NCBI RefSeq assembly: GCF_006345805.1
Contig: NC_043004.1
Coordinates: forward strand, 80,848,001 to 80,912,000
Direction: 5' to 3'
DNA length: 64,000 nucleotides
Origin: Octopus sinensis
Lineage: Eukaryota
Position 1 is the stretch's first letter, and each line of letters starts with the position of its first letter. The notes under the pieces were generated by a model. It saw only the letters and a list, made by a program, of their open reading frames with translations. It ran no database searches and was not told where the DNA came from. The position numbers were made by a program, and so were the translations under genes. Shown here in pieces: positions 14,195 through 24,667 of the stretch.

Positions 14195-14340
14195 TTCTGG
14201 TGACGTTGATGTTCGCCTGGGGCTAAATGCAACAGTAACACCCCCACCGCCCTGCCCTGTCCCTAGCCACATTCAAATGGCTAATGTCCTTTTGTTATGG
14301 AGCAGTTACTGTCTATATCTCGTTTAGAGAATTATTATTG
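14195..14340 (+). mobile_element. Diverged single-arm copy of the element that forms the 22578-22841 palindrome
   Basis: CTTTCTGGTGACGTTGAT..CGCCTGGGGCTAAA...CTAGCCACATTCAAATGGCTA...GTTACTGTCTATATCTCGTTTAGAGA matches 22748-22890. Confidence 0.8.
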
Positions 14341-14356
14341 CTATATATATGTATAT

Positions 14357-14387
<31 letters not shown>

Positions 14388-14453
14388 GAGTATATATATG
14401 TATATATATATATATATTATATATATATATATGAGTATATATGTATATATATG

Positions 14454-14484
<31 letters not shown>

Positions 14485-14496
14485 GTATATATATAT

Positions 14497-14533
<37 letters not shown>

Positions 14534-15022
14534 TTTTATATGTGTATATATAAATATGTATGTACACAATGGGTGCCAGTCAGGCGGCACTGGCCACGAC
14601 TACGATTTTGATTATATTTCATTATTAATTTACACTGCATTATGTGTGTTTGTGTGTGTGCATGTGTGTGTGTGTGCGTGTGTGCGTGTGTGCGTATGTG
14701 CGTGCACGTGTCTGTGTGTCTGTGTGAGTTCATGTGTGTGTATGCATGCGTGCGTGTGTGTGTGTGTGCGCGTGTGTGTGTCTATGTGTCTGTGAGTGTG
14801 TGCATGTGTATGTGCGTGCGTGTATGTGTGTGCGTGCGGGCGTGTGTGTTTGTGTGTTCGTCCGTGTGTGTGTGTCTATGTATGTCTGTGTGTGTGTGTG
14901 TGTGCGAGTGCGTGTGTGAGTACATGTGTGTGTGTGTGTGTGTGCGAGTGCGTGTGCGAGTGTGTACATGTGTGTGTGTGTGTGTGTGTGTGCACGTATA
15001 TGTGTGTGCGTGTGTGTGTGCA
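14340..15022. repeat. (TA)n followed by (GT)n/(GTGC)n microsatellite
   Basis: Seen directly. Confidence 0.95.
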
Positions 15023-15788
15023 ATCTAGATTAATACAAAAACCCGCGTAAGAAACTCAATGGCAGGCTGTGTAATTTTATTATTACAGTTCACAGGATGG
15101 ATATTTTGCTACTTAACGTTTCACCTGATGAATAACATAATAATAGCCGGGAAATATTTCACTCCTTACAGAATCATTCATGATTCCTTCATAAATACCT
15201 TCATAAAATGCCTTTGGTGTTGATACAGAATCGAATATTATATCATTATATCATCGTTATGTAATTCAATCATTCTGTAATACAAATGAAATAATATGCA
15301 CTGCTTGAATTTGTGGCGCAAGACTATTAGAAACCTGAGTTTCCTGGCATCGACCTTGAGATGTACCACGTCACTCTTACAAATCACCTTCGCATACATC
15401 TCTATAGCAACATCAATACAGATTGATAGGTATTGAGATTCGATAGCTATGTGATATGCATTTTGTGAGGTGATTTTTATTGCCAAAAGGAGCACCCTTG
15501 AAGTCCACCATTAGCTGTTTCATCATATGGTTTCACATTTAGAGTTTTGCGTAATAAATCTTACGTTTATACGCGAGCACATATGTATAGGGATATCTAG
15601 GTAGATAGATGGATAGATAAATAGATAGAGAAAGAGAGAGAGGGGGTAATAAGGAAAGAGAGATATGCTAATACTAATTAGATAAAAAGACCGACAGGTT
15701 ATTAGATTGCTAGGTAAATAGACAAGTAAGACAGACAGACACATAGATATGTTTCTTTATTAGCCCCACAGGGCTGAACACAGAGGGA

Positions 15789-15868
<80 letters not shown>

Positions 15869-15978
15869 GTAAAGATAGATAAAGAGCCACTGATAAATAT
15901 ACATAAATATATATTTATCAATGTGTACATTGATTTGCATTTATGTATATTAATATGTATATATCTGTGTTTATACAT

Positions 15979-16053
<75 letters not shown>

Positions 16054-16285
16054 CACACATATATACATAACATAAATATATTAGCATACATACTAATATA
16101 CACATCTAACATATATCTATGTATGTCTGTATATGTATGTATGTATATAAATGTGTGAATGTGTATGAGTGTATGTGTGTGTGTGTGTGTAAGTGATGTA
16201 AGTAATAGTCTATATTTCAATAACAGCCATATTTGTAGAGGCGACTCTATGACGTCTGTGGTTCAGCCACCTTCTTTCTCACTCA

Positions 16286-16325
<40 letters not shown>

Positions 16326-16689
16326 CCTCTCTCTCTCTCTACCTTGAATTCTTATTGCTGCCGTCTTCGAGGAAGTGACAATCATAACCATTTTCATTTG
16401 AAATGAAAGATCTCACTTCTTTTCCGCGCTAGAATTTTCTGCGTAATATAAACTCATTTCACCATTCGCCACCATTTATTTATTCTTTGGAAACGAGAGA
16501 AGCTTTTCTGGAAATTAAATTATTAAAAATAGATCCGAAGAATGAAATATGTCGTTTTGCAATTATTTTATGAAAGAAAGAGAGAAACAGAACAGAAATT
16601 TTCCATTTTGAGGAATCTGTAGGGAAATCTAACTACCCATCAGGTCGCCAAACCAATGCAGTTTGCAAGAAGCACATTCTAGAAGCTGC

Positions 16690-16812
16690 GATGTGTCTAA
16701 TAAAGTGTCACAAAGATCTCGTCTTCCTCTCACCCACTCTATTCAACTTATATCAACAGGTCGCTCCCACATTGCCACAAAAGATGCAAACAGCTCTATG
16801 TGCAGATGATGT
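16690..16812 (+). pseudogene. Degraded non-LTR reverse transcriptase remnant
   Basis: Translation ...LSPTLFNLY...MQTALCADD resembles RT motifs (G.PQGS.LSP.LFN.Y ... YADD). Confidence 0.55.
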
Positions 16813-17559
16813 TACACACACACACAGTCATATTTGTAAAGACGACTCTATGACGTCTGTGGTTCATCCACCTTCTCTCTCACTCTCACTCTCTCTCTCT
16901 CTCTCTTTTCCCCCTCTCCCACACACACAAACGACTTCTCACCATTCCCTGCTCAACTACCGCGCAATTAACCTCATGGTATTGAAATCACTCGCAATCC
17001 TGGATCAACGACATCAGATTGAAACCTTTCCCTGCTCTGTGTATTACATGCGATGCGCAGGACACATTTCTCAGGTTTCTTCAACGCATATGATACACAT
17101 TCCCCATTTAGTTTTCCAGAAATGTAATCTACGATGTTTAAAATATGTTACTCATCTAAAGAAATTAGTTTTCGGGATGCAGCTAGATAATTTCTGACTA
17201 ATTTCTCTTTAAGAAGGCCCCAGATTTGGCTGCTACTTCAAGAAGATCGAAAGACGACATAGAAAAGCTACCCTATTGCAGGATCGTAACGTACAAAGCT
17301 TAACATTTTGTCCGTCCCGTGACTCATCATCTGATACACAGAACATATTGCCCGGGCGTCCATGCATTTGATATGATACACATTTCCTGATTTATTCTTC
17401 AACCACCAGAGTAAGTTGGGAATTATGAAAGGAAAGCTTCTTATCATTATTCAGAGCGTATGAAACGAGGATAAACTAAAAGTCTGGAGACAAGGAGGGA
17501 CATTTAAGGAGAAACTTACGAAAATGTTTTGGACAGGGAAAGGGTTAAAGTAAATCTAG

Positions 17560-18085
17560 AACATCCAGGTCGCCACAAAAGATGCAGACAACTTCTTTTG
17601 CAGATGACATGAAAGGTCACATCTTTTTACCATTCTCAGTACTACTAAACCGATGCCACGACATCAATAGGAAATCCGGATCCACAACAACAGGTTTAAA
17701 GTAAACACAGGATGCCTACACAAGATACAGACACCCTAATATACAGACACCCTTATTTACAGACACATCTTTCTTACCATTCTCTGCGCAACTAAACCGA
17801 TGCCACGTACATCAATAGGAATTCCGGATCCACAGCGACCGATTTAAAGTAAATCCAGGGTGCCTACACAAGATACAGACACCCTTATATACAGACACAT
17901 CTTTTTACCATTCCCTGCGAAACTAAACCGATGCTACGTGGATCACTCAGAATTCTGGATCCACAAATTTAAAGTAAATCCAGCGACAGATTTAAAATAA
18001 ATCCAGGATGCCTACACAAGATGCAGACACTCTTATACACAGACACATCGTTTTGCCATTCTCTGCGCAACTAAACTAACGCTCC
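17560..18085 (+). repeat. Tandem repeat, about 3.5 units of 125-145 bp
   Basis: Repeated GACACATCTTTTTACCATTC..GCGCAACTAAACCGATGCCACG...GGATCCAC...TTTAAAGTAAATCCAGG.TGCCTACACAAGATACAGACAC. Confidence 0.9.
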
Positions 18086-18404
18086 ATAAACTATAATATT
18101 GGCTTCACTAGAATTGCCTACAAAAACTATCTACCGTTCTTAGTGACATTTGAAGCCATTAAATGCAAGCCAACCATTAAACAACAGCAAAAACGTCACA
18201 GACACACTTAGATTTAATTCCAACTGTCATGTGGAGTTTTACCTTGTTTTTATGACTGATTGAGGTTACGTTTCCCTCCTGGACTGGACACGGGTCCGTC
18301 GTAGGGTTAGCTTCCTAAGTATAGCGGAAACTCATCTAAAGCTGTGTAGATGGAGCAACGTGTTTTTTTTTTCAAGGAAACAACGCACTGCCCACTCCGG
18401 GAAG

Positions 18405-18930
18405 TGAATTTTTTTTCCACGAGAGTTCCGGACCCCAGTAATGAACTCATTTGCATGTAGCCAATCAGAGCTCAACTATCAAACTAATTTATGAACGCAT
18501 AACAAGTGATGTGTGATAAAATAAGGGCACTTGGATAAGGAATGACCATGCTTCCTTTCACTTTTAATAATACTTGTTGTTCTTCTTGTTTCAACCATGG
18601 TTGCCTCTGCGTAGTTATTTGTGTTGTTTACTTTGTAAAACAGTAAAGGGAGAGGGTTGCTAGCACATCACGCTCTACCCACATTTTTCCCATCCATATC
18701 TTTATCATATGGGGCCCTAACAAAATCCGATAATAGGTATAGATGCAAATCTATCTAATTACTAGTTCCCTTCTAAAATCACGCGTAACTTGGCGATCGA
18801 TCGAATTACAACACCGGTCTTCGTCTTGAGTTTACTTGGTAAGGTGCGTTTGTTACCTTGACAACAAGGCTGTATGCAAATGAGTTCATTACTGAGGTCT
18901 GGAACTCACGTGGGGGAAAAAATTTCGCCT
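18405..18930. repeat. About 55-bp inverted repeat pair containing octamer motifs
   Basis: CCACG.GAGTTCC.GACC.CAGTAATGAACTCATTTGCAT..AGCC at about 18408-18463, and its reverse complement at about 18867-18925. Confidence 0.8.
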
Positions 18931-19284
18931 CCGGGAATAGAAACCACGATCTTATCACCTCGAGTGTCACACCCGAACTACTAGGCCACGCGATTTCGCA
19001 CACATAGAAGACGAAACAATTAAGAATTACATGAAATAGTCACAACACACAAAAAAAGATTAAAAGATAATTCTGAAAGCAAAGCAAGGAATAAACAGAT
19101 TGAGTGCAATCAGGGACACATCGTGTAACAAACAGAAAGAAATAACAACGATGGTGTATGTTAGTTCGTCCGTCGTTGTCGACGATAACCGAAAACATCA
19201 CATGGCAGAAGAAGAAGAAGAAGAAGAAGAAGAAGAAGAAGAAGAAGAGAAGAAGAAGAAGAAGCAGACGGAGCACGATTTGTC

Positions 19285-19751
19285 CAACCCCTCTTCAAAG
19301 CGGTAGGGTGGTGTAAACGGGCAGTGTCAGAGCTATGCCGTAGGGAACTTCGGTTCCTGGTAGGGCCACCCAAGGCGGATTGGTCTGGCACCGAGCGGTA
19401 TTAGGGCCGCAGCCTGGCCAACGGGGCTCTGGTGAAAATTCCAAGAGGCGTCTGATCGGCAACCAGCGGCTTCGAGGTCGTTCTGTCCCTGCGTCTGTGG
19501 AGACTCCGCGGCAAACAGGGCGTCCCGTTACTCGGGATATGCATGCGAGATGTCGGGAGCCGCTTGTGAATTCAATATTCCCACGAAACTCCTCTATAAA
19601 TCCTATGGAACCACGAATGGCTCGCTATCTCCAGTGACCTCACACAGGACCGTCGAACGTGGGCCGCCATGGTTCGTGATGCCGTCAGGACCAGAGAAGA
19701 AGCCGGCTCAACCCGCCCTGGGTGAACGCCGTCACAAGTACAAGTAAGTAA
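19285..19751 (+). mobile_element. Non-autonomous RTE derivative (GC-rich 5' UTR joined to the RTE ORF C-terminus and tail)
   Basis: The 3' part reads WLAISSDLTQDRRTWAAMVRDAVRTREEAGSTRPG*, typical of RTE C-termini; (CAAGTA)n-type tail. Confidence 0.8.
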
Positions 19752-19764
19752 TCAGTCCGAGGTG

Positions 19765-20045
19765 TACTCAGAAGGCTTTGCCGCAGGTCAGGCACTGGGG
19801 GTCTGTTGGGAATGAAAGCAAGAAGTTGGCTCAAGACTTGCGCTGTTAGCGTTTTCGTTGTGCCCCAGCAATCTTGTTCTATTCATAGGAGGTGGCACCT
19901 CGGGTGATGCAGCTTCACCAGGTAGGGTGGTCTTGTGCTTGTGTTTCCCAGGTATCAGGGTTGATCCCAATGCCCTTCAGTGAGGCTGTGAGTGTGTCCT
20001 TGAATCATTTTTCTGTCCATCTTGTGTGCGCTTGCCTTCTGCCAG
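19765..20045 (-). mobile_element. RTE (BovB-like) LINE 3' fragment, degraded
   Basis: Minus translation FKDTLTASLKGIGINPDTWETQAQDHPTW*SCITRGATSYE...CLTCGKAF, with stops. Confidence 0.75.
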
Positions 20046-20074
20046 TTCGCTGTAAAAGAGTCTCTGGTGGGATC

Positions 20075-20290
20075 ACGTGTTAGGCATTCGAATCAAGAAC
20101 AAGAAACAATGGTGATGTATAAACGATACATTAGATCCATTGTGGACAACGTTGGTCTTCCTGGGCCCCCAGATCACTCTCTGCACAACTCGCAACAATC
20201 AACTACAAAGAACATAAAACCACGTGCTGCACATCATAACAGACCTTACTCACTGAGCCTTTACAGAAAGGGGATAAAATACTGAAAATA
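20075..20290 (+). mobile_element. CR1-type LINE fragment, heavily degraded
   Basis: EQETMVMYKRYIRSIVD parallels REQETMMVLWKTLVLSHFDY in the 32052-32744 frame. Confidence 0.45.
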
Positions 20291-20544
20291 AAAGAGGACC
20301 CGGAACGTGTGAAGGGGCAGCGGTTATTTCCGTGGCTTTGATACTTACAGTCCTCCCTACAACGAAATGAACGACGACAACAACAATAAAACATTAGATT
20401 TCATCCTTGTGGGGGTTAATAAGATAAAGTACTTGTGAAAGACTCGGGTTGATATAATCGGCTGAAACCGATTCCTTCTCCCCGCCCAAAATAAATTTGA
20501 GGTGTTGTGGCTAAGTATGAAATCATTATTTTGGATCCGTCTTT

Positions 20545-20990
20545 TATTTTATATCCTTTACTTGCTTCAGTCATTGGACAGCGGCCATGCTGGAGCACCG
20601 CCTTGGTGGGTTTTAGTCGAACAAATCGACCCCAGTATAAAATTCTGTTTTCTTTTTTTTTTGGTCTTTAAGTCTATGATCTTATTCTATCTGGTTCTTT
20701 TGGCAAACTGCTAACTTACGAGGAAGTAAGCAAACCAACACCGATCGTCAAGCGGTGGGGGATGGGAATAAGCATACTAACACACACACACACAAAGAAG
20801 AACCCCCCCACACACACACACAAACGATGAACTTCCCCAGAGTTTCCATCTACCGAATTCACTCACAAGGCATTAGTCGAGCCGGGCATAGAGTAGAAGA
20901 GACTTGCCCAAGGTGTAGCACAGTGGGACTGAACTCAGGACCATTTCGTTATTAAGCGAGCTTCTCAGCCATGCGGCTACATCTGTACTT
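20545..20990 (-). mobile_element. SINE family S1
   Basis: Reverse-complement match to 8784-9166. Confidence 0.8.
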
Positions 20991-21934
20991 CTATCAAATA
21001 TTTCCGGGGGTTTTTTTGTACAGTTTTCCTGATCTTTTGTGTTATTCCTCAAATTTTTGAAACAATTGGATGAATCCAAGAATGGCCAACCCATCAAGTG
21101 GATGTCTCATGGCTTGCACCATTCTACAATCGCAGAGTGGTGGTTCCCTGTTATGTTCCCCGTTTCACTTTGGTGTCTTTGGTTAAGCAGGGTCCAACTC
21201 GAAGTCAACTAATGCATTTCAACTCACTCTGTATAGACTCCGAACCAGTTTTGAGAAATTTCCTTCCAATTCCACCTTAATATCTGACTTAGGTGGAATA
21301 TTTACCAAACTTTCTTGCCACCGTTGTATTTGGGTTGAAATCTTTGGAAACATCTGCAGAAGCGGTAAATATTATGAAACTCTCTCTCGATTTTAATTTC
21401 CTTCCTATAGAATTCCATATAATTGATGTATTTTATCAAACATCTGCCTTGCTGGCAGTATTCTTCCTGATATTAGGCAGAGTGCTGCCAGCCAACAGTT
21501 AAAAGACCATTAACATTGGAGAGCTTGAGACAAGCAGCATGCTTTTAATCAGAGATCAGTTCCACTAGGATTGACATGGGGTTAAACAACAACAACAAAA
21601 ACAAATGTTACTCGAGTCGAATATAAAGGTTGTAAGCAGTGGGTGAAATAGCAACTGAATCTCCCTCAAATCTCAGAAAGACAAGATGCAATAGATTGAA
21701 CAAAATCAAAGAGAAGTGGGGATATGAATAACAGAATCATTGAAGAACTCACGGAATGAGTGGCGAAAGAACTCTGACAAATAAGCTAATAATAATAATA
21801 AAATAAAGTGAAGATCAAATAAACAGTGCGTGTGTTTATTGGCAAAATGACCGTCCCCAAATATAGCTATATCTGATTCAACACACGATTTCAAATTAAG
21901 AATCTTGCAAAACAAATGCATAAACATATATATG

Positions 21935-21969
<35 letters not shown>

Positions 21970-22089
21970 TGGATTCTTTTGGGAACGACAAGTGAGGGTT
22001 CAGTAAAATAAAGCGTTAAGCATGTTCTATAGACACGAACGTTTGTCTTGCGGTCTATTAGTGCCTTGCAAACCTTTTGGCAAATGGAA

Positions 22090-22385
22090 CAAGTTGAGGA
22101 CTAAGTTTGCTTAAGTGCTTGTGGATTATTTACGATGTGTTTTCTTGAGTGGACGGTTAGGCCTGCTTTGCTTCGCGCCACAAAACCACAACGACAGGAA
22201 AGGTTTCCATTCAGCGGAGTAGTGTTTTGCCAGCGTGCTCTCATGCTTGCACGAAGTTGGTTCCGATGCTGGGGTCGACTTTGCTCAAATCTTTGAACTG
22301 AGGAGAAGCAGGACTGGTGCCAGGTTCTGCGTTCTGATGCCTTTGCTTTCCAAGATTGTCTTTTAGTTTGTCTTTGAAGTGCAAG
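22090..22385 (-). mobile_element. RTE LINE 3' fragment with terminal C2H2-like motif
   Basis: FKDKLKDNL / [12 protein letters not shown]...LSCRCGFVARSKAGLTVHSRKH*. Confidence 0.7.
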
Positions 22386-22537
22386 AGTAGCCATCCAACT
22401 GACACACTCACACGCACATATGTATACATACATACATACATACGTACATACATACAAACATACATACATACATACATACATACATACATACATACATACA
22501 TACATACATACATACAAATATACACACATACGTACAT

Positions 22538-22577
<40 letters not shown>

Positions 22578-22579
<2 letters not shown>

Positions 22580-22841
22580 CGTAAGGTGTACTAGCCATCT
22601 GAATGTGGCTAGCCACTGGGGGTGGGGTGTTACTGATGCTTTTAGCCCCAGGCGATCAACGCCACCAGAAGGACTTTAGACACTATCTCAGTACCCTTGT
22701 GTTATTTGCAAAGGGAACACAAGGGCACTGAGATAGTGTCTAAAGTCCTTCTGGTGACGTTGATCGCCTGGGGCTAAAAGCATCAGTAACACCCCACCCC
22801 CAGTGGCTAGCCACATTCAGATGGCTAGTACACCTTACGTT
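22578..22841. repeat. Near-perfect palindrome: 126-bp arms, 12-nt loop
   Basis: Arms 22578-22703 and 22716-22841 compared base by base: 124/126 complementary. Confidence 0.97.
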
Positions 22842-22887
22842 GTCGAGCGGTTACTGTTTATATCTCGTTCAGAGATTTATTATTGTT

Positions 22888-22982
<95 letters not shown>

Positions 22983-22983
22983 G

Positions 22984-23037
<54 letters not shown>

Positions 23038-23206
23038 CGGTTGTATACTGTCAACTTAACGTGACAGTCCCGCAAAGGGAACACACCACCGCTATTTAGC
23101 CCTAGGAAGCATCGACGTTTCCTGTCGGCTTTGACACATCTCCTGTGTCCTTATATTCCACCACCGCTCATATCTCTCTGAGATATTTAGAAATTTAATA
23201 TTTCTA

Positions 23207-23332
<126 letters not shown>

Positions 23333-23401
23333 CATATATATAATACTTGGTAAAATTATTAATTACTAATTAATTGATTAATTTTGCCCTTTATTATTAT
23401 T

Positions 23402-23492
<91 letters not shown>

Positions 23493-24254
23493 TTATATAT
23501 AGCTCGCTAGCAAGATAGATAGATAGATACATAGGTAAAACTTGGAAATTGATGCGTGGCGTTCGATGCATATATATAGAGAGATAGATAGATAGATAGA
23601 TATGTGTGTGTGTGCATGTGTGTGTGTGTGTGTGTATGTGTGTGTGTGTGTTGTGTGTGGTGCCCAGCATGGCCACAACCTTTGAGCTAAAAAACATAAA
23701 GGAACAAAGGAACATCGCTAAAAATATCTCAGAAATAGCAACAAAACTTACAATTATTTTGAGGTTTTTCCTTTTTTTTTTTACATATTTTAATTTTATA
23801 GCTTTCTTTGTAAAACTAAAGAAGAAAAGGTTTATGCCCACCCTTTATTCACCCGTATTGTTAGACTAAAATAAAATCGCCAATAATATATAAAATCTAA
23901 AAAAATTTTTTTAACTAACCCTAAATTCGAGCCACTGTTTACCCTCGTCTAGATCACAGTCATATGAACCAAATAATTAATGGACGTCTCCAACCATCCC
24001 TCTGTTCAGGTTGCTACAAATAAGGATGGGACAAGAATAATGACTCCGGTGCACAGGTTATCAACCAGATAGGAAGGAGGAGGATAAAAAGGAGGGGAAG
24101 AAGAGTGACAATAGAAGCCTGTTGTTTTGTGATGTTTTGTTGAAAAGCCGCCATTTTTAGTTTCAAAACAAACCAACGACAAGAGAAACTCTGCGCAGTT
24201 GCCCGCCTCTACTTCATTGCTATTATCTACAGTAAGAAGGTGGCGAGATGCCGG

Positions 24255-24620
24255 AATCGTTAGCACGCCAGGCGAAATGCTTAGCGGTATTTCGCCCGTC
24301 GCTACGTTCTGAGCTCAAATTCCGCCATGGTTGACTTTGCATTTCATCATTTCGGGGTCGATAAATTAAGTACCAGTTACGCACTGGGGTCGATGTAATC
24401 GACTTAATCCGTTTGTCTGTCTTTGTTTGTCTTCTCTGTGTTTAGTCCCTTGTGGGTAGTAAAGAAATAGGTATTTCGTCCGTCTTCAAATTCCACCGAA
24501 GTCGATGTAGTCTTCCATCGTTTCGAAGTTGATAAAATAAGTACCAGTTGAGTACTGGGGTCGATGTAATCGGCTATCTCCCTCCCACAAATTTCAGGCC
24601 TTGTGCCTACAGTAGAAAGG

Positions 24621-24622
<2 letters not shown>
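24255..24622 (+). mobile_element. SINE family S2, nested dimer
   Basis: tRNA-like head, central GTCGACTTTGCCTTTCATCCTTTCGGGGTCGATAAA..AAGTACCAG domain (MetaSINE/Sauria-type). The second unit resumes at GGTATTTCGTC (24470) and ends with an AAAGGATT(ATT)n tail. Confidence 0.85.

Positions 24623-24666
<44 letters not shown>

Positions 24667-24667
<1 letters not shown>

Noticed and set aside
21040-21520. Partly open minus-strand frame (LLQMFPKISTQIQRWQESLVNIPPKSDIKVELEG...)
   Set aside because: Multiple stops and no motif I can assign; possibly an old transposon remnant, but not supportable.
23112-23145. Hammerhead-like GACA-GGAAACGTC on the minus strand (similar weak hits at 7505-7550, 22836-22880, 54716-54745)
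   Set aside because: The CUGANGA core and/or stem I cannot be formed.
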